A DNA stretch of 202 bases from Escherichia coli. GTDB taxonomy: Bacteria > Pseudomonadota > Gammaproteobacteria > Enterobacterales > Enterobacteriaceae. Below the pieces are notes generated by a model that made no database searches, was not told where the DNA came from, and was given only the letters and a program-made list of their open reading frames with translations. The DNA is taken from the NCBI RefSeq assembly GCF_003334385.1, contig NZ_QOWN01000230.1; one strand, given 5' to 3'. Of this stretch, positions 1-202 are shown one piece after another. Position numbers and translations under genes: made by a program. The stretch's first letter is position 1. Every line of letters starts with the position of its first letter.

Positions 1-202
1 AAACTTCCTTGATATGGCGTACACCGGTCTGCGCATCGTAGGAGCCAAACAGGGCCGCCACCAGGTCAAACACCCACCGTGCACAGGACTCCCCGAACGT
101 CGGGCTACCAGGTGCATCCACAATCCGCAGTTGTTTAAAAATCGCCAGGGCATGTGCGGCCTCGTCCGGATAAATCGGATCCGGAATAATCGACAGCCCC
201 TT
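1..202 (-). CDS. Partial CDS, both ends outside the window; tentatively the N-terminal ATPase region of a phage terminase large subunit-like protein
   Basis: Seen in sequence: the minus-strand frame with codons plus 202..200 through 4..2 has 67 sense codons and no stop. Composition is protein-like (about 10 Ala, 7 Gly, 6 each of Leu, Ile, Val, Asp, only 3 Arg, 1 Cys, 1 Trp). Codon choice is typical of Enterobacteriaceae (CTG for 5 of 6 Leu, CCG for 4 of 5 Pro). The same-register plus frame is also open but is about 15% Arg with rare CGG/AGG/CGA/ATA codons, as expected for an antisense shadow. Product call is from memory: residues 42-67 (RWVFDLVAALFGSYDAQTGVRHIKEV, plus 2..79) resemble the conserved block preceding Walker A in large terminases (HK97-like '..WQ.F....LFGW....G.RRF..A.VEV' and lambda gpA '..RW..LPFQRAIMNAMGSDYIREV'). 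Confidence that this is a real CDS on the minus strand is about 0.85; confidence in the terminase assignment is about 0.4. Confidence 0.6.

Noticed and set aside
60-113. 7-bp direct repeat ACCAGGT at 60..66 and 107..113.
   Set aside because: A single short repeat, consistent with chance; it does not correspond to a repeated peptide in the coding frame and has no flanking structure suggesting an att site or iteron.
133-139. The minus strand reads T_TTA_AAC here, a canonical X_XXY_YYZ -1 slippery heptamer.
   Set aside because: The heptamer is in register with the implausible second minus-strand frame, not with the actual coding frame (which reads ATT TTT AAA CAA = I F K Q). No obvious downstream stem-loop or pseudoknot at the right spacing, and programmed frameshifting is not a known feature of terminase genes. 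Most likely chance.
131-142. AT-rich patch (TTGTTTAAAAAT) in an otherwise GC-rich window, considered as a possible promoter element.
   Set aside because: It lies inside the open reading frame (encoding part of AIFKQL), and there is no properly spaced -35/-10 pair on either strand. TTGTTT has no TATAAT-like hexamer 16-18 bp downstream.
79-182. Short palindromic restriction-type sites: GTGCAC (79..84), TTTAAA (134..139), GGATCC (177..182).
   Set aside because: Six-bp palindromes occur frequently by chance in 202 bp; there is no clustering or repeat architecture suggesting a regulatory operator, CRISPR repeat or recombination site.
165-185. Inverted repeat TCCGGAT/ATCCGGA considered as a rho-independent terminator.
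   Set aside because: No T-tract (U-tract) follows the stem on either strand, the stem is short and AT-containing, and it sits in the middle of a continuous ORF.
1-202. Plus-strand frame 2 (codons 2..4 through 200..202) is open across the whole window, with ATG codons at 14..16 and 152..154.
   Set aside because: It shares codon register with the minus-strand gene, where reverse complements of stop codons (TTA/CTA/TCA) are rare sense codons, so an open antisense frame is expected. Its translation is about 15% Arg, rich in His and Cys, uses rare CGG/AGG/CGA/ATA codons, and has no convincing Shine-Dalgarno before either ATG.
1-202. A second minus-strand frame (codons starting at plus 201) is also stop-free across the window.
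   Set aside because: Its translation (RGCRLFRIRFIRTRPHMPWRF...) is dominated by Arg, Trp and Cys and has no protein-like character; it looks like an off-frame shadow of the GC-rich coding frame.

Overview
The 202-bp window (about 57% G+C by hand count, 115/202) appears to lie entirely inside one protein-coding gene on the minus strand. No start codon, stop codon, intergenic region, RNA gene, CRISPR repeat or mobile-element end is visible. The minus-strand frame (first complete codon at plus 202..200, last at plus 4..2) translates without stops to KGLSIIPDPIYPDEAAHALAIFKQLRIVDAPGSPTFGESCARWVFDLVAALFGSYDAQTGVRHIKEV, with ordinary soluble-protein composition and enterobacterial-style codon choice. 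From recalled family motifs, not a database search, the C-terminal part of this fragment resembles the region just upstream of the Walker A box in phage large terminase (TerL) ATPases. The best hypothesis is therefore a fragment of a prophage or phage DNA-packaging gene. Two other frames are also open across the window but look like shadow ORFs. I see no evidence in these 202 bases for a novel system; the window is too short to show any gene context.
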